From assembly GCF_006345805.1 (NCBI RefSeq), contig NW_021836450.1, positions 1 to 24,344 of the forward strand: a DNA stretch of 24,344 nt, read 5' to 3'. This DNA comes from Octopus sinensis (Eukaryota). Both the position numbers and the translations under genes were made by a program. Below the pieces are notes generated by a model, which made no database searches, was not told where the DNA came from, and saw only the letters and a list, made by a program, of their open reading frames with translations. Shown in pieces: positions 1-10,605 of this stretch (positions are counted from its first letter, which is position 1; each line of letters opens with the position of its first letter).

Positions 1-275
1 AATCTGTCAGCAATTGCTGGACCGTTATATTAGTGAGAGTGATGGCATCTAGGAAAAAATTTGTCAACGGTGACAACTCTTCTGAATGTATTGCAGATAA
101 TTAACGACTATACATACATACACACAAACTTCAATCCATCTATTCACGCACACCACACATGCGTACATATATATGTGTGAATATACCTACATATCTCTCC
201 CTCCCTGTCTATTTCCTTCTCTCTCCTTCTATCACGCTCCTTTTCTCTCTATATATAAGAATGTATTTCATATAT

Positions 276-378
276 GCAAGATAAATTTGTTTATATATAA
301 ATACATACATATGCATATACGTCTACGTACGTATCTATTTGTCTATCAATCTGTGTGTATATATGTATGTATAATATA

Positions 379-432
<54 letters not shown>

Positions 433-530
433 CAAGATAAATTTGTTTATATATAATACATACATGCGCATATACGTCTACGTACGTATCTGTCTGTCTA
501 TCTATCAATATGTGTGTATATATGTATGTA
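276..530. repeat. Tandem duplication of a ~97-bp unit (276-372 and 432-530) separated by (TA)n
   Basis: Both copies read GCAAGATAAATTTGTTTATATATAA...CATATACGTCTACGTACGTATCT...TCAAT(c/a)TGTGTGTATATATGTATGTA, offset 156 nt. Confidence 0.9.
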
Positions 531-574
531 ATAACATACATACATATTATATATAATACATACATATATATATT

Positions 575-611
<37 letters not shown>

Positions 612-1243
612 TTACACCTATACCAACACACACTCAAATATGCACACACAGCCACACACACAAACACATCCACACATACATATATATGCATATATATATA
701 CATGTATATACACACATATATGTATGTGTGCATATATATATACGCACGTTATTTACATTGAATTATTTTACAGACGAACAGAGGAAAAAATGTTGTCGAC
801 TGAAACGATAGAAAGATGTAGGAGATAAAATATAAATAAAAATTTTGATTTATTTTCAATACAAGAATAAAATAGCAGACTCCCAATATCAAAGAGGATT
901 CTATTTTAGATAAATATTATTATCATTGATCCCATGACGCAATACGAAACTGATAGAGTATTTCTCTGTCTTTGTTTCGCTCTCTCTCGCTCTGTCTCCC
1001 CTTCTCTCTCAATCTCTCTCCTTCCCAAATTAAATGCTTAAGTATACACATGCGTATATATATACTTAATCGTCACTAAGTGTGACGAAGGGGGGCAAAG
1101 CACATAGATTGCTAGAAATAAAAGTTAAAAATCTCTAAATGCTGCAAGAAGGGATCAATGTATACACAGACAGGGGACGTTACCGCCCTTTGACTGTCGC
1201 TGGATTTACCTCATGAATTCCTCAGTGTAACGTTGAGTGTATA

Positions 1244-1518
1244 ACAAGTTTTAGAGACTGAAAATGGAATATACTAGAAACTTTATTGCTTACAACGATC
1301 GTTTCGACCCATCTTGCATTAATCCTCGTGGGTGAGATGCTGTGCAATTGGTTGTGGTGAATCCCTCGCAGCAGAAGTATCTCCTCAGGTTTCGAAGGAT
1401 GTACCACAACCAGTTGTACAGTATACCGCCAACGAGGGATGGATGTAAGATGGGTCCAAACGATCGTAGTGAGCAATAAAGTTTCTTGTATATTCCATTC
1501 TCCGTCTTCGTCACTTGC
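1244..1518. mobile_element. Palindromic (hairpin) MITE, probably Tc1/mariner class, flanked by TA
   Basis: The left arm (AGACTGAAAATGGAATATACTAGAAACTTTATTGC..., from 1255) is the reverse complement of the right arm ending at 1507. Inner arms TGTGCAATTGGTTGTGGT / ACCACAACCAGTTGTACA also pair. Termini are ACAAGT...ACTTGC, with TA at 1242-1243 and 1519-1520. Confidence 0.75.
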
Positions 1519-1550
<32 letters not shown>

Positions 1551-1960
1551 ATTGTGTGTGTGTCTATGTGTATGTATCTTTTAACTTTTACTTGTTTTAC
1601 TCATTAAATTGCAGCCATGCAGACTGCAACAATAAAGTACTACACTGCATAAGGAATAGATTTATTTCCCAAAATATAGCCAGATACCATCGAGTAAACA
1701 TATACAGAAATGCGCAGGGAATTTCAACCAGCTAACAGTGCAAGGAAACAACCTCGATACAAGGACAATTAAATAAAGAAAATATATTTGTTAAAAAATA
1801 CAAACTACGCCTGAATATGATTGCGTAACAAATTTTGGTTTGTGTAAATATTTTAATTCATGAAAGCATAACCAACGCTGTGCATATATTATGTCACTAC
1901 TTTAACTCATGATTTTATAATTTCATAATATAAATACTATAAATTTATCCTTTCCAAAAA

Positions 1961-2106
1961 AGCATCTCACCCACGAGGATTAATGCAAGATGGGTCGAAA
2001 CGATCGTTGTAAGCAATAAAGTTTCTAGTATATTCCATTTTCCGTCTCTAAAACTTGTTATACACTCAAAGTTACACTGAGGAATTCATGAGGTAAATCC
2101 AGCGAC
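1961..2106 (-). repeat. Inverted duplicate of 1196-1341 (left part of the MITE plus 48 bp of its flank)
   Basis: Base-by-base comparison gives 146-bp arms with 2 mismatches. Confidence 0.95.
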
Positions 2107-3045
2107 CGTTGTTTAACTGCCGGGAATGTCGTTAGTGTGGGTTAGAATTATCAAATAGCTAGACGGGGTGGTGTAGTGTTTGAGAGATGTAAGCAAGAGA
2201 GAGAAAGTCTTCGGAAAATAGCAGTTTAGCATAGAAATTCTGGCGTGGCGTGTGATGGGGAAAGGGTTTACTGGGTAGTAGGAGGAAGGGTGTAGGGTAG
2301 AGGAGTAAAAAAAACTGGGGTTAACTTCACCGGATTATAACGGCGTCATCTTAAAAAATATAAAAATATCATTTAAAATTCATTGGAAGTAATTAGAACA
2401 TTAAGTGATTACTAGATTCGAAGATAGTGAAGAATAACGTTTCAGAATAAAATAAATTATGCAAATTAAATTAAAATAAAATAAACAATTGTAAATAAAT
2501 AGTTTAAATAAATAAATTAAATACAGTAAATATATTAATGTAATTTAACTAGTGTTTAATTTAAATTGATATTATATAAATTATAAATTATAAGATAGGT
2601 GAAGAGTGAAAATATAATAATGGTCGTTATAGGAATTAAGTGTTGTATGTCGAATTAAGACGAGACTAAAACAAAATAAGATAAAGTAAATATACTAATT
2701 TAATTAAACAAGTTTATGCCACATCTCAACTATGTTACTGTGAAAGCAATGTGCAAGAGAGTTATACACAGGTACGCTTCTTAATGCATTTAGATTTGAG
2801 GTAAAATCGAAAGTTTGTGAGTGATTTATGTGCACAAAATGAGACCGCTTCACGCTGTTTGTTTAATGATTGACTTGGGTTCTGTGAAAGTATTTGTATA
2901 GATTCTTTCAAGCATAACCAACATGGGGTACTTTGGCCTTAGCAGGGAGAACAAAAGCAAGGGAGCTGAACAAGGAGTGAGATAAAAAAAAAAAGAGAGA
3001 TGAAGGAAGAACAGACAGAGGAGGGATGAAGTATATATTTATGTG

Positions 3046-3098
3046 CAGTAATACCTCACTTTACGAGCACCCGCTTTACGAGACCCGGGGTTTACGAG
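3046..3098 (+). mobile_element. Solo Tigger/pogo-like terminal inverted repeat remnant
   Basis: CAGTAATACCTCAC is followed by three TTTACGAG motifs (3060, 3075, 3091), resembling pogo/Tigger termini with repeated binding sites. No partner end was found in the window. Confidence 0.35.
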
Positions 3099-3598
3099 TT
3101 ATATTTTGCAATAAATATAAAAAGATTAAACAAGCATTTTGTGTGTGTTGCCGGGATGTTAGTTCATTCATTTCACTTCTTCCTCGTTTCCTCATCCTTC
3201 ATCTTCTTTTCCTTCACATTTTCTATTTTGCTCTCTTTCCTTTGTATAAACTCCAATATGGCTGACAGACGCTTTACAAACACTATAACTATTACTCTTG
3301 GGATAATTGAAATTTAAACGTTGAATGTTGTGATATTACAGGCTATAATCAGATATCTGTGTCAGTTTTCCTATGTGGTCTAACGTAATGATGTAGAAAT
3401 GTGTTTATGGATGTATAACGCTCATCGTTATGTATACGACACGGCATGACATACACAGTATGTCTGAGTGTGTAATGTATTCTTGCTTCTCTTTCTCTCG
3501 CCCTCCCTTTCTCTTCCTACACATACATGACACACACATAAATACATACACATACATACATCATACATACTACACACACACACATATATATGTGCATG

Positions 3599-3652
<54 letters not shown>

Positions 3653-3778
3653 TATCATATATAGCCATGTACGTGTGGGAGAGATGGTAATGAAGATCGA
3701 TATGTATATATTAGAGTGGAAAGTCCTTCCGCATTTCAAGATGGGAAAGGAACAAATACTTCTTCCGTCTTAGTATAT

Positions 3779-4009
3779 TTAATCAAGATTATATTTCCCC
3801 TCGCTATTGATAACAAAGTCCCATCTATTTGGGAAAATTATTGATCTCTCGAGCGTAAAATTCATCAAGTTTCGAAGTAAAGAACCATTCGATATTTTTA
3901 ACCTCTTCACAATTAATAAAATCTGTTCACTCTAAATGAAGATGTAATCATCTGAAAAGAAGATAACCAGGTGAAGCAAGGTCAAGAGAGCAAGGAGAAT
4001 GAAGCAAAG

Positions 4010-4048
<39 letters not shown>

Positions 4049-4697
4049 TATATATATATATATATATATATATTGCCATAATCTTATCCTGTGTGACTTG
4101 GGCAGTATATCGTCCTGCGTTATTTTGTAAGAGTTAATACTCCTTTTCGACTGGTAAACGACAGGCAATTTTTATGAAGGCAGCGCTTCTCATTTTGACT
4201 TAATACTTCATGGTAAAGAAGCCCTTAATATCCCACCAAACACGGAGCATAACTATTTAGGAATGGTTTAGGAATGGTTTAGGAATGGATTCTTCTCTTT
4301 CACAGGATGCTAACCATTAAGTTACCCATTGACAAGATTAGACACTTTTCTCAGTTTATGAATGTGTTTTAAGATAGAAATGTGACTTGGGCTGAACAGG
4401 TTTTCTAATTCTTGCGCAGCATGCTTTGGATTTTCCCAAATACGGTATTCGGAACCTCAATATTGACAGAACTTTGTCGTTCAACTCGAATGGAACCTGC
4501 GACAAAACATTTTCTTGGTGAAATTGGCCAAACCATCAATGGGATGTTGGGGCAAAGAAAGTTTTATTTTCAAAGCCGGAATGAATATAAATATTTCTTG
4601 GCGCCTCCACTGCTGAAGAGAGTTTTTTAAAAATTAATAAGAACAATGTGGCTTATATGGGTCTGATATAAACTCAGTTTCAAAGGGTAAAGTCCAT
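3779..4697 (-). pseudogene. Decayed mariner-family (Tc1/mariner DDD) transposase
   Basis: Manual minus-strand translation across frameshifts gives mariner motifs in the correct order: AVEAPRNI, WFGQFH, ENPKHAAQEL...SILKHIHKLRKVS, NPFL, VMLRVWWDIKG (4230-4253; cf. KxMLCVWWD), RKGV..QNNAGRYTA (cf. HDNARPH), HSPCSLDLASPGY (3963-4001; cf. HPPYSPDLAPSDY), FFTSK..EFY, RWDFVINSEGKY*. There are multiple stops, deletions and a (TA)n insertion at 4013-4072. Confidence 0.9.
4256..4288. repeat. Perfect 11-mer tandem repeat (TTTAGGAATGG)x3 inside the mariner relic
   Basis: Read directly from the sequence. Confidence 0.95.
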
Positions 4698-5569
4698 ACA
4701 AATTAACCACAATGGTAGAAATAAATATGCAAAGATAGAAAAACAAGCTGTTGCTTAGTGAGTGGGATTGACTCAGTACACAGCCTTTCCTCACTTAAAA
4801 AAAAAATCTTCATGCACAGGCATTGCACGACAATAACAATGGCCATACTCGATAACGAGGGGGCAGCCACCATGTATGTATGTATGAATATCATTATTTC
4901 AAACTCTCTATCACTTAAAAATTCTGCAGTTAGTGAGAGGTTTGTTGCCTCATCTCTGTTATTTTCTAGTATTAAGGTAGAAATGATAAGTGTGACTATC
5001 TAAATAAAAACAATAGCATTTTGCAGTATTTCTTCTGTAACCAAGTTACATGTTTAAAGAAAATTTTGAACGTTCTGTGTTTTCTTGACAAAACTGTATC
5101 TTTTGACAATCGGATAAACCTTGTATTTTTTTGCTAGTATAATTATTTTCCCAATGGATTTCTGCTTAATTTTGTTTTCTCGGTGCGTGAAACAAACAAC
5201 CAGTTGGTTCCTCTCGGGAGAGGACACTCGTCTGTAACAAATAAATGTGTTTATAAATTTTTTCTACTTCGTACTACTCAAGATAAGAGAAGAATAAAAG
5301 GGGAGAAGACAAAACAGAAGACAATACTTTACATGGTTGCACGAGATGTTAGAAATAGCAGCCAAGTGATTTACAAGTCAAACCACGTTGTCTTTAAAGC
5401 AGGAAGAAACCCGTTGGATAAATTCATCTCAGAAACATTGGCTTAGATATTTAAATTGATGGGCTGCCGCGGAGAGGAACATATTTTCTTTATCGGACTG
5501 GTGGATCTGGGTTTACTTTGAGTTAAATGACATCAAGTGAGGCAATAGGAGAATTTTGTTACTCAATGC

Positions 5570-5971
5570 TTTGTGTAGTAGTAGCAGCAGCAGTGGTGTA
5601 CTAGTATTTGCGTTGGTACGCTGACAATAATAAACTTTTATTACAAATGCAGTGATATATTTATCTTACATAGTTGTTAGGAAGATACTGCGGTGGTATG
5701 GTGATGGTTGTGGTGGTCTGATTGTGTGGAAGAGGTTCAGTGTTGAGCTATCAACTGTAGTGATGTGGTGGCGGCAATCATTGTATTATAGTCCTTATAG
5801 CGTCATGACAACTGCTGAGGTATAGCAATGACTACACTAGTATGACTACTCGGTAGTGGTTAAAGCGTCGAGAAAACAACTGGAGTTGTGTAGTGATTGA
5901 GAATATAAAGTACCAGAAGTTAGAGTTTTATTAAAACAGCTATACTGGTATAAGAGTAAGTATACTGGTTT
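5570..5971 (+). repeat. ~400-bp G/T-skewed dispersed repeat, copy 1 (copy 2 at 15622-16020)
   Basis: Colinear match from TTTGTGTAGTAG to TATACTGGTTT with small indels. The flanks differ. Confidence 0.92.
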
Positions 5972-6363
5972 AGCACATGAAATCATGAATATTTCCTACT
6001 ATTTTCTTAATACTCTAGTATTCAGCCATTTTATTAACCGGATCAACATCCATGAACATCACAACATTACATTTTTTAAATTCACGTGTTAATTATTGAG
6101 ACTAACGTCGTGTATTGCCAGGCTGAGTCAAAAGTTTATCTTACAACATTCAACGATTAGTTGCTGGGGGCTGTAATCTGTCAAAGACGTTGTTATATAT
6201 GATCATAAGACATCTAATTGTCAGTTCGTTACTCGTATAAATGTGTTTACCAAGTGCAAGTTTGATGGAAGAGATCTGTTATTATCCAAAGCGAAAACAC
6301 TGACTGTTTTTCATGAAGTGCGTATATGAAATTATATATATTTAGTCACTCTGTGAGAAAATT

Positions 6364-6640
6364 ACTTTTACTTGTTTCAGTCACTGGATTGCGGCCAGAC
6401 TGGGGCATTGTCTTGAAAGTTTTTAGTCCAATAAATTTTTTAAAGCCTTGTACTAATTCTATCGGTCACTTTTTGTCGAACTGCAAAGTTATGAAGGCGT
6501 AACCAATTCAATACCGGCTGTCGAGCAGTGGTGGGGAACAGACACAAACACACAGACACAAATACACACACATACACACACACACACAAACAGACACACA
6601 CATAGATGTATACGAACACCCCCCCACACACACACATATA
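6364..6640 (-). mobile_element. 5'-truncated copy of SINE family B (full copy at 20210-20612)
   Basis: Shares TTACTTGTTTCAGTCA..GA(t/c)TG(c/t)GGCCA..CTGG, GCCGAAC/GTCGAAC and the internal (CA)n with 20210-20612. The tRNA head is absent. Confidence 0.8.
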
Positions 6641-6655
6641 TATAATGAAATTATA

Positions 6656-7650
6656 ATAAATGAGAATAGAGATTTATATCTGGCTTTATTCAGCAGTTAA
6701 CTACTTCTTTACGTTTCTACACCGACACATTTTTCTACACCCACTGCACAATGCGAAATTTGCATATTTATGTGCACTTATTGTTAGTTACCACTTCTTC
6801 AGGGTGGAATCAACCACATTTATCAGAATCAAAATTAAATCCAAGTCCAACCGAAATACACGTGGTGTTGTCATTGTACCAAAAATAGCTTAGATTGTAA
6901 CCTTTGCAACTCTGTTGGTTAAAGACAAAATTGTTTGTTGTCAAAGGAATTTTAGTATTCTGCAGACACAGAGCATCCCTAAATGGTGAGTGGTTTTAGT
7001 AATGCTTCTTATCAGGTTATTGTCTTTTACTGTCATTATCCTACCTCTTCTTGGTATTGCTGCCTCTAATAAGGAGAGCGAGAGGAAAGCAGAGAATGAT
7101 GTTCGATTGTATGAAGAAGAGAATTGAACGTGAAGAGCGAGAAAGACCTGGGTGATGTTGCGAGAGAGAGAAATAAATGGAGGAGGAATAAGCCATGATT
7201 CGTCAATGGTATGAATATGCCTCAACACAAGAGAGACACTAGGGAGAGGGAGGATAATGGCAGTAAAAATCATGCTTAAGGTAACCTGATACTGAGCATT
7301 AATACGGTCATTTAAGAACGGTCAATGTCTGCAGAATTCTAAAGTTCCTTGGACAGGTAGTCATTTTGTTTTTACCCAGCAGAGTTGGAAAAGATACAAT
7401 CTAGGTTATTTTTGGAATAATGACAACATCACGTGTATTTCGGCTGGACTTATATTTAATTTCGATTCTATCTGATAAATGTGGTTGATTCAACCCTGAA
7501 AAAGTGACAACATACAATAAGTCAACATAAAGGTGCAAATTTTGCATTGTGCATTAGTTAACTGCTACAGAAACATGTGTAGGCGTACAAACGTAAAGAC
7601 ATCAGTAACTACTGAATAAAACTGGATATAAATCTTTATTCTCCTTTATA
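6656..7650. mobile_element. Fold-back element / long-TIR MITE: ~400-bp diverged inverted arms (6656-7057, 7236-7650) around a ~180-nt purine-rich spacer
   Basis: The reverse complement of the left arm aligns end to end with the right arm. Anchors: TAACCTGAT, TGTCTGCAGAAT, CACGTGTATTTCGG, CTGATAAATGTGGTTGATTC, ACGTAAAGA, CTGAATAAA, GATATAAATCT. Confidence 0.85.
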
Positions 7651-7671
7651 AATTCGCTATTTTCTCTACTG

Positions 7672-7756
7672 AAAAAAAACGCAGTTTCTATTGAGACATA
7701 AATTTACCGATGTGAAGTTAGACTGAGGTTAGTAAATCAAAGAAACTGCAGTTTTT
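7672..7756. repeat. Small imperfect hairpin (mini-MITE-like)
   Basis: AAAAAAC-GCAGTTTCT-TTGA pairs with TCAA-AGAAACTGC-AGTTTTTT. Confidence 0.5.
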
Positions 7757-7799
7757 TATACACACACAGACCTGTACGCATGTACATACACACACTTTT

Positions 7800-8307
<508 letters not shown>

Positions 8308-8912
8308 CTATGAGTAAAGTTGAAAGTCCAACAGAGTTTAAAATGGGTCCTTCCTAATATAGAGTTATAAGCAATGTAAGATCCAGCAGATTTTTAAACT
8401 TGGTTTCCCAGCAGAGAATTTATATACAGCGTTGCAGAATCAAAGGTTTTTTTTATCTAAAGTGACCTAAAAATAGGGAGCGTATTAGTAAGGTCAAATC
8501 GAAAACAGGAAGAGAGGAATGAAGAAAGAGAAAAAAAAGACAAAAAGGAAGAGAAAAAAGAGAAGAGAAAGAAAAAATGAGAGAGAAAAAGAGAGAGACG
8601 AAGGAGAAGAAAGTAAGAAGAAGATTAATAAAATAATAACAAAATGATAAAAAATAATAAAACCCTGAGGAGAGGGATAAAGGGAATAAAGAAAAAAGAA
8701 AAAAAGAAAAATGAAGATATAGATCAGTCAGTGGTCAGTGGAGATAATTTGAAAGTAGGAAAGGGTGAAAGTGAGAGAAAGGTATTATAGAGTAAAAAGA
8801 TAGAAGGAATGGTGGGGGTAAGAGGTAAAGGAATGACAAATGTGTTGTAATAGAGTTTAAGAGTAGGGGCAGAGAGATGGGGTTAGTAGTATGAAGAATT
8901 AAGGAATTTATA

Positions 8913-8917
8913 TAGAT

Positions 8918-9012
<95 letters not shown>
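8913..9012. repeat. (GATA)n microsatellite
   Basis: Read directly. Confidence 0.98.
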
Positions 9013-9341
9013 GAGTTGATATGTATATATACAGGTATATGTATATATATATTGGTTTTGTCGTTGCTTCTAAACATTAATTCCAAAATTTTCATCTTCC
9101 ATGAAACGAGTAATCAATACAATTTAATTAGTATATAATTAATTAAAACCAATTGCATATTTTGTACCAGTTATATTTCTAATTCTATAGCAACATCGCT
9201 ATTAATTTTAACACGTCCATAATGATTAATTAAAGCACTATCATACACCGCTTTCTTGATTATCATCAGAACCCAATTATTCCAATAACAACAACATCAA
9301 CAGCAACAACAACAACAACAACTATAATAATAATAATAAGT

Positions 9342-9666
9342 GAGGGCGCGTGGCTTAGTGGTTAGGGCATTCGGCTCATGATCGTAAGGTTGTGAGTTCG
9401 ATTCCCGGCGACGCGTTGTGTCCTTGAGCAAGACACTTTATTTCACGTTGCTCCAGTCCACTCAGCTGACAAAAATGAGTTGTACTTGTATTTCAAAGGG
9501 TCAGCCTTGTCACTCTCTGTGTCACGCTGATTATCCCCGAGAACTACGTTAAGGGTACACGTGTCTGTGGAATGCTCAGCCATTTGCACGTTAATTTCAC
9601 GAGCAAGCTGTTCCGTTGATCGTATCAGCTGGGACCCTCGTCGTCGTAACCGGCGGAGTCTTTTTT

Positions 9667-9709
<43 letters not shown>
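9342..9709 (+). mobile_element. Full-length tRNA-derived SINE (family C) with T-run and (TAA)n tail
   Basis: Pol III A box TGGCTTAGTGG 9351-9361 and B box GTTCGATTCC 9396-9405; central TTGTGTCCTTGAGCAAGACACTT block; ~320-nt body flanked by (AAT)n on both sides. Confidence 0.88.
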
Positions 9710-9711
<2 letters not shown>

Positions 9712-9861
9712 CTCGAGAAGTACGTGGAACAAATATGGGGCTTCAATAAGGGTGGAGCACTTGCAGAAAACATAACTGCTTGGAACCGCTCGAATATTCC
9801 GGAAGGTGCTCGAAAAATAAGAGATGTTACCTTAGTTCCCTGGTAGTGAACGTGTAAAGGC
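9708..9861 (+). mobile_element. Extreme 3' fragment of an R4/Dong-type RLE non-LTR retrotransposon
   Basis: Homologous to the reverse complement of ~13588-13775. Encodes NLEKYVEQI(fs)IRVEHLQKT*LLGTARIFRKVLEK*. Both ends abut (TAA)n. Confidence 0.85.
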
Positions 9862-10099
9862 AATAATAATCATAATAATGATGGTGGTGGTGGTGGTGGT
9901 GGTGGTGATGATGATGATGATGGATTCCTGCTGCATTTGTTGTAGCTGCTGTGGTTGGTCCTCCCGATCTTCACTGGTTGTAACTGGGAAATCGGGGTTT
10001 GGGTCCCATGATTCGCTCCTGATAATGAGACCGGGGATAATTTCATTAGTTTTCCCTGTATCGCTCCAGGACTGACAACCTGAACGCTTTGTTGTTTTT

Positions 10100-10560
10100 G
10101 TTTTTTTTTTCCTTTTGTTCTTTTAAGTTTCCTGTATCGAAATCTTTTAGATAGGTTTTTCTATCCTACGCCTAACAAATGCGTCGTCTAAGATTTTCTT
10201 TTCAGCGCGCTTTTTACAATACAGTTCTGGTGTTACTTTGTGATTATGCGGGGTCACGAGGACTTGTATGTCAATGGTACTCCCACCTGGTATTATGTCT
10301 GCACTGCTCACCTGCCCACAATTTGCCCGTAGGTGACTTTAAACCAGGAGTTAAGTTCATTACCAATTTCTCGTGGGGAGGGTGTTCTTCCTTCTGGTTA
10401 AAACGCTAGATTTCTTCAGCTACCTTTTGGTGACCGCAAATGGCAACAGAATAAGATAATTCCCACACTTGTAAGACAAAGAATGGTAGGACTTTGGAGG
10501 AAAGACCTGAACAAAAGGAACCACATTGACGGCTTTCTTCCTATTATTCTGTTGAGCAAT
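10100..10560 (-). pseudogene. Possible decayed gag-like ORF1 (CCHC knuckles) of an I-group non-LTR retrotransposon
   Basis: Across frameshifts: (S)YKCGNY.YSVAIC with CX2CX4HX4C spacing (10436-10476), xRFNQKEEHPPHE, RANCGQ, then EKKIL...ISIQE. Several Cys/His are substituted, so the fit is loose. Confidence 0.3.
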
Positions 10561-10605
10561 AAGTTCAAGATTATTGTTAGAGGAAGAGTTTAGCAGAGTC
10601 AAAGT

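Noticed and set aside
4256-4288. Telomere-like or CRISPR-like reading of the TTTAGGAATGG repeats
   Set aside because: Only three contiguous copies with no spacers, derived from mariner PFL codons, in a eukaryotic context.
4412-4630. Plus-strand ORF MRSMLWIF... and an apparent exon HALDFPKYG...
   Set aside because: They are antisense to the mariner transposase relic, which explains the region better.
4780-4800. Candidate 5' TIR of the first mariner (partner of ~3711-3740)
   Set aside because: The match is too weak to call by eye.
6966-6991. 20-nt micro-exon candidate (CTGCAG|...AAATG|GTGAGT)
   Set aside because: It lies within the fold-back arm and no neighbouring exons are supported.
7002-7127. 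Signal-peptide-like ORF MLLIRLLSFTVIILPLLGIAASNKESERK...
   Set aside because: The hydrophobic part lies inside the left arm of the fold-back element and mirrors the purine-rich right arm. The ORF stops after 41 codons.
9342-9410. tRNA gene calls for A/B-box segments (also 14189, 16088, 20554-20612)
   Set aside because: No complete cloverleaf; each continues into a multicopy SINE body.
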